Below are positions 6,368 to 7,593 of a DNA stretch of 7,593 nt, piece by piece (position 1 is the stretch's first letter; the number at the start of each line of letters is the position of its first letter). Position numbers and translations under genes: made by a program. The notes under the pieces are model-generated. The model was not told where the DNA came from and did not search any database. It saw only the letters and a list, made by a program, of their open reading frames with translations. Location of the stretch: the IMG/VR virus record IMGVR_UViG_2529293142_000030, positions 1 through 7,593 of that record; one strand, given 5' to 3'. The stretch is from a virus (lineage: Duplodnaviria; Heunggongvirae; Uroviricota; Caudoviricetes).

Positions 6368-7593
6368 TGAGTCAGAAATACCTCATTCGCATTGCAGAAC
6401 TGGAAAGCCAGCTCCGTCAGAAAGACCAGCAACTGAGTCTGGTTGAAGAGACGGCGGCCTTCCTGCGCTCTGCACTGGCACGTGCCGAAGAAAAGATCGA
6501 AGAGGATGAACGGGAAATAGAACATCTGCGGGCTCAGATAGAAAAACTGCGCCGGATGCTGTTCGGTACCCGTTCTGAAAAACTGCGTCGTGAAGTTGAA
6601 CAGGCTGAGGCCCTGCTGAAACAACGCGAACAGGACAGCGATCGTTGCAGTGGGCGGGAAGACGATCCACAGGTTCCCCGCCAGTTGCGACAGTCGCGCC
6701 ATCGTCGTCCGTTACCGGCACACCTTCCCCGTGAAATACACCGTCTGGAGTCTGAAGAAAGCTGTTGCCCGGAGTGTGGCGGTGAGCTGGATTATCTGGG
6801 GGAAGTCAGTGCAGAACAACTGGAACTGGTGAGCAGCGCCCTGAAAGTGATCCGCACAGAACGGGTAAAAAAAGCCTGTACAAAATGTGACTGCATCGTT
6901 GAAGCACCGGCGCCGTCCCGCCCGATAGAGCGTGGTATCGCGGGCCCCGGATTACTTGCCCGCGTGTTAACGGGAAAATACTGCGAACACCTGCCACTGT
7001 ATCGTCAGAGTGAAATCTTTGCCCGACAGGGTGTCGAACTGAGCCGTGCATTACTCTCCAACTGGGTTGACGCGTGCTGCCAGTTAATGACACCGCTGAA
7101 TGATGCCCTGTACCGTTATGTGATGAATACCCGCAAGCTTCACACTGACGACACACCGGTAAAGGTACTGGCACCGGGCCTGAAAAAGACGAAAACAGGG
7201 CGCATCTGGACGTATGTCCGGGATGATCGCAATGCGGGTTCGTCATCTCCTCCGGCGGTCTGGTTCGCGTACTCACCGAACCGGCAGGGGAAACACCCGG
7301 AGCAACACCTCCGCCCCTTCCGGGGTATCCTGCAGGCGGATGCGTTCACAGGTTATGACAGGCTGTTCAGTGCAGAACGTGAAGGTGGTGCGCTGACAGA
7401 AGTTGCGTGCTGGGCCCATGCCCGGAGAAAAATCCACGATGTATACATCAGCAGCAAAAGTGCGACGGCAGAAGAAGCCCTGAAGCGAATCAGTGAACTG
7501 TACGCCATCGAGGATGAAATACGGGGATTACCAGAGTCAGAGCGTCTTGCAGTCAGACAGCAGCGAAGCAAAGCGTTAACTGACGTCGCTGCA
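6368..7593 (+). CDS. tnpC: IS66-family DDE transposase TnpC, 3'-partial (first ~408 codons; continues beyond window)
   Basis: Own translation from ATG 6368 (in-frame stop at 6356-6358 upstream): MSQKYLIRIAELESQLRQKDQQL... (coiled-coil/leucine-zipper-like N-terminus), zinc-finger motif CCPECGGEL..(x)..CTKCDC, then ..GKYCEHLPLYRQSEIFARQGVELSRALLSNWV...HTDDTPVKVL...RIWTYVRDDRNAG...PAVWFAYSPNRQGKHP...CWAHARRKIHDVY.., all typical of IS66 transposases. No stop before 7593. It is absent from the supplied ORF track because it lacks an in-window stop. Confidence 0.9.

Larger units (their letters stand above)
5484..7593 (+). mobile_element. IS66-family insertion sequence, left end plus tnpA-tnpB-tnpC; right end beyond the window
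   Basis: Left terminus begins GTAAGCG at 5484-5490 (characteristic IS66-family end), ~85 bp before orfA. Followed by the canonical three-ORF organisation. The element is still open at position 7593. Confidence 0.85.

Noticed and set aside
6247-7276. Several minus-strand ORFs (6247-6702, 6383-6721, 6806-7276)
   Set aside because: All are antisense to the IS66 transposase frame, which has clear family motifs. The region's base composition produces long spurious open frames.
1-7593. CRISPR arrays, tRNA or rRNA genes
   Set aside because: No regularly spaced direct repeats and no cloverleaf-like or rRNA-like conserved segments noticed. Essentially the whole window is accounted for by protein-coding sequence and the IS.

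Overview
7.6-kb prophage-derived accessory window. The minus strand carries a contiguous, translationally coupled Mu/P2/e14-like tail baseplate and tail-fibre module (V-like spike, gpW/gp46-like, baseplate J-like, gpI/gp48-like, tail fibre, tail-fibre assembly protein). Its distal end is a Hin/Gin/Pin-type invertible fibre switch of about 1.87 kb, bounded by two matched 26-bp crossover sites (370-395 and 2240-2265), which holds a silent alternative fibre C-terminus and its own assembly chaperone on the plus strand. The serine invertase gene at the left edge is 3'-truncated, so the switch is probably locked unless an invertase acts in trans. The 5' end of the module is cut at about 5482-5484 by an IS66-family insertion sequence (tnpA, tnpB and the first ~408 codons of the transposase tnpC, which runs off the window and is absent from the supplied ORF track). 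No rRNA, tRNA or CRISPR array was seen. I do not see convincing evidence for a wholly undescribed system; the most interesting features are the orphaned host-range switch and the IS-decapitated tail operon. All similarity statements come from reading the translated ORFs against remembered family sequences and motifs; no database search was run.
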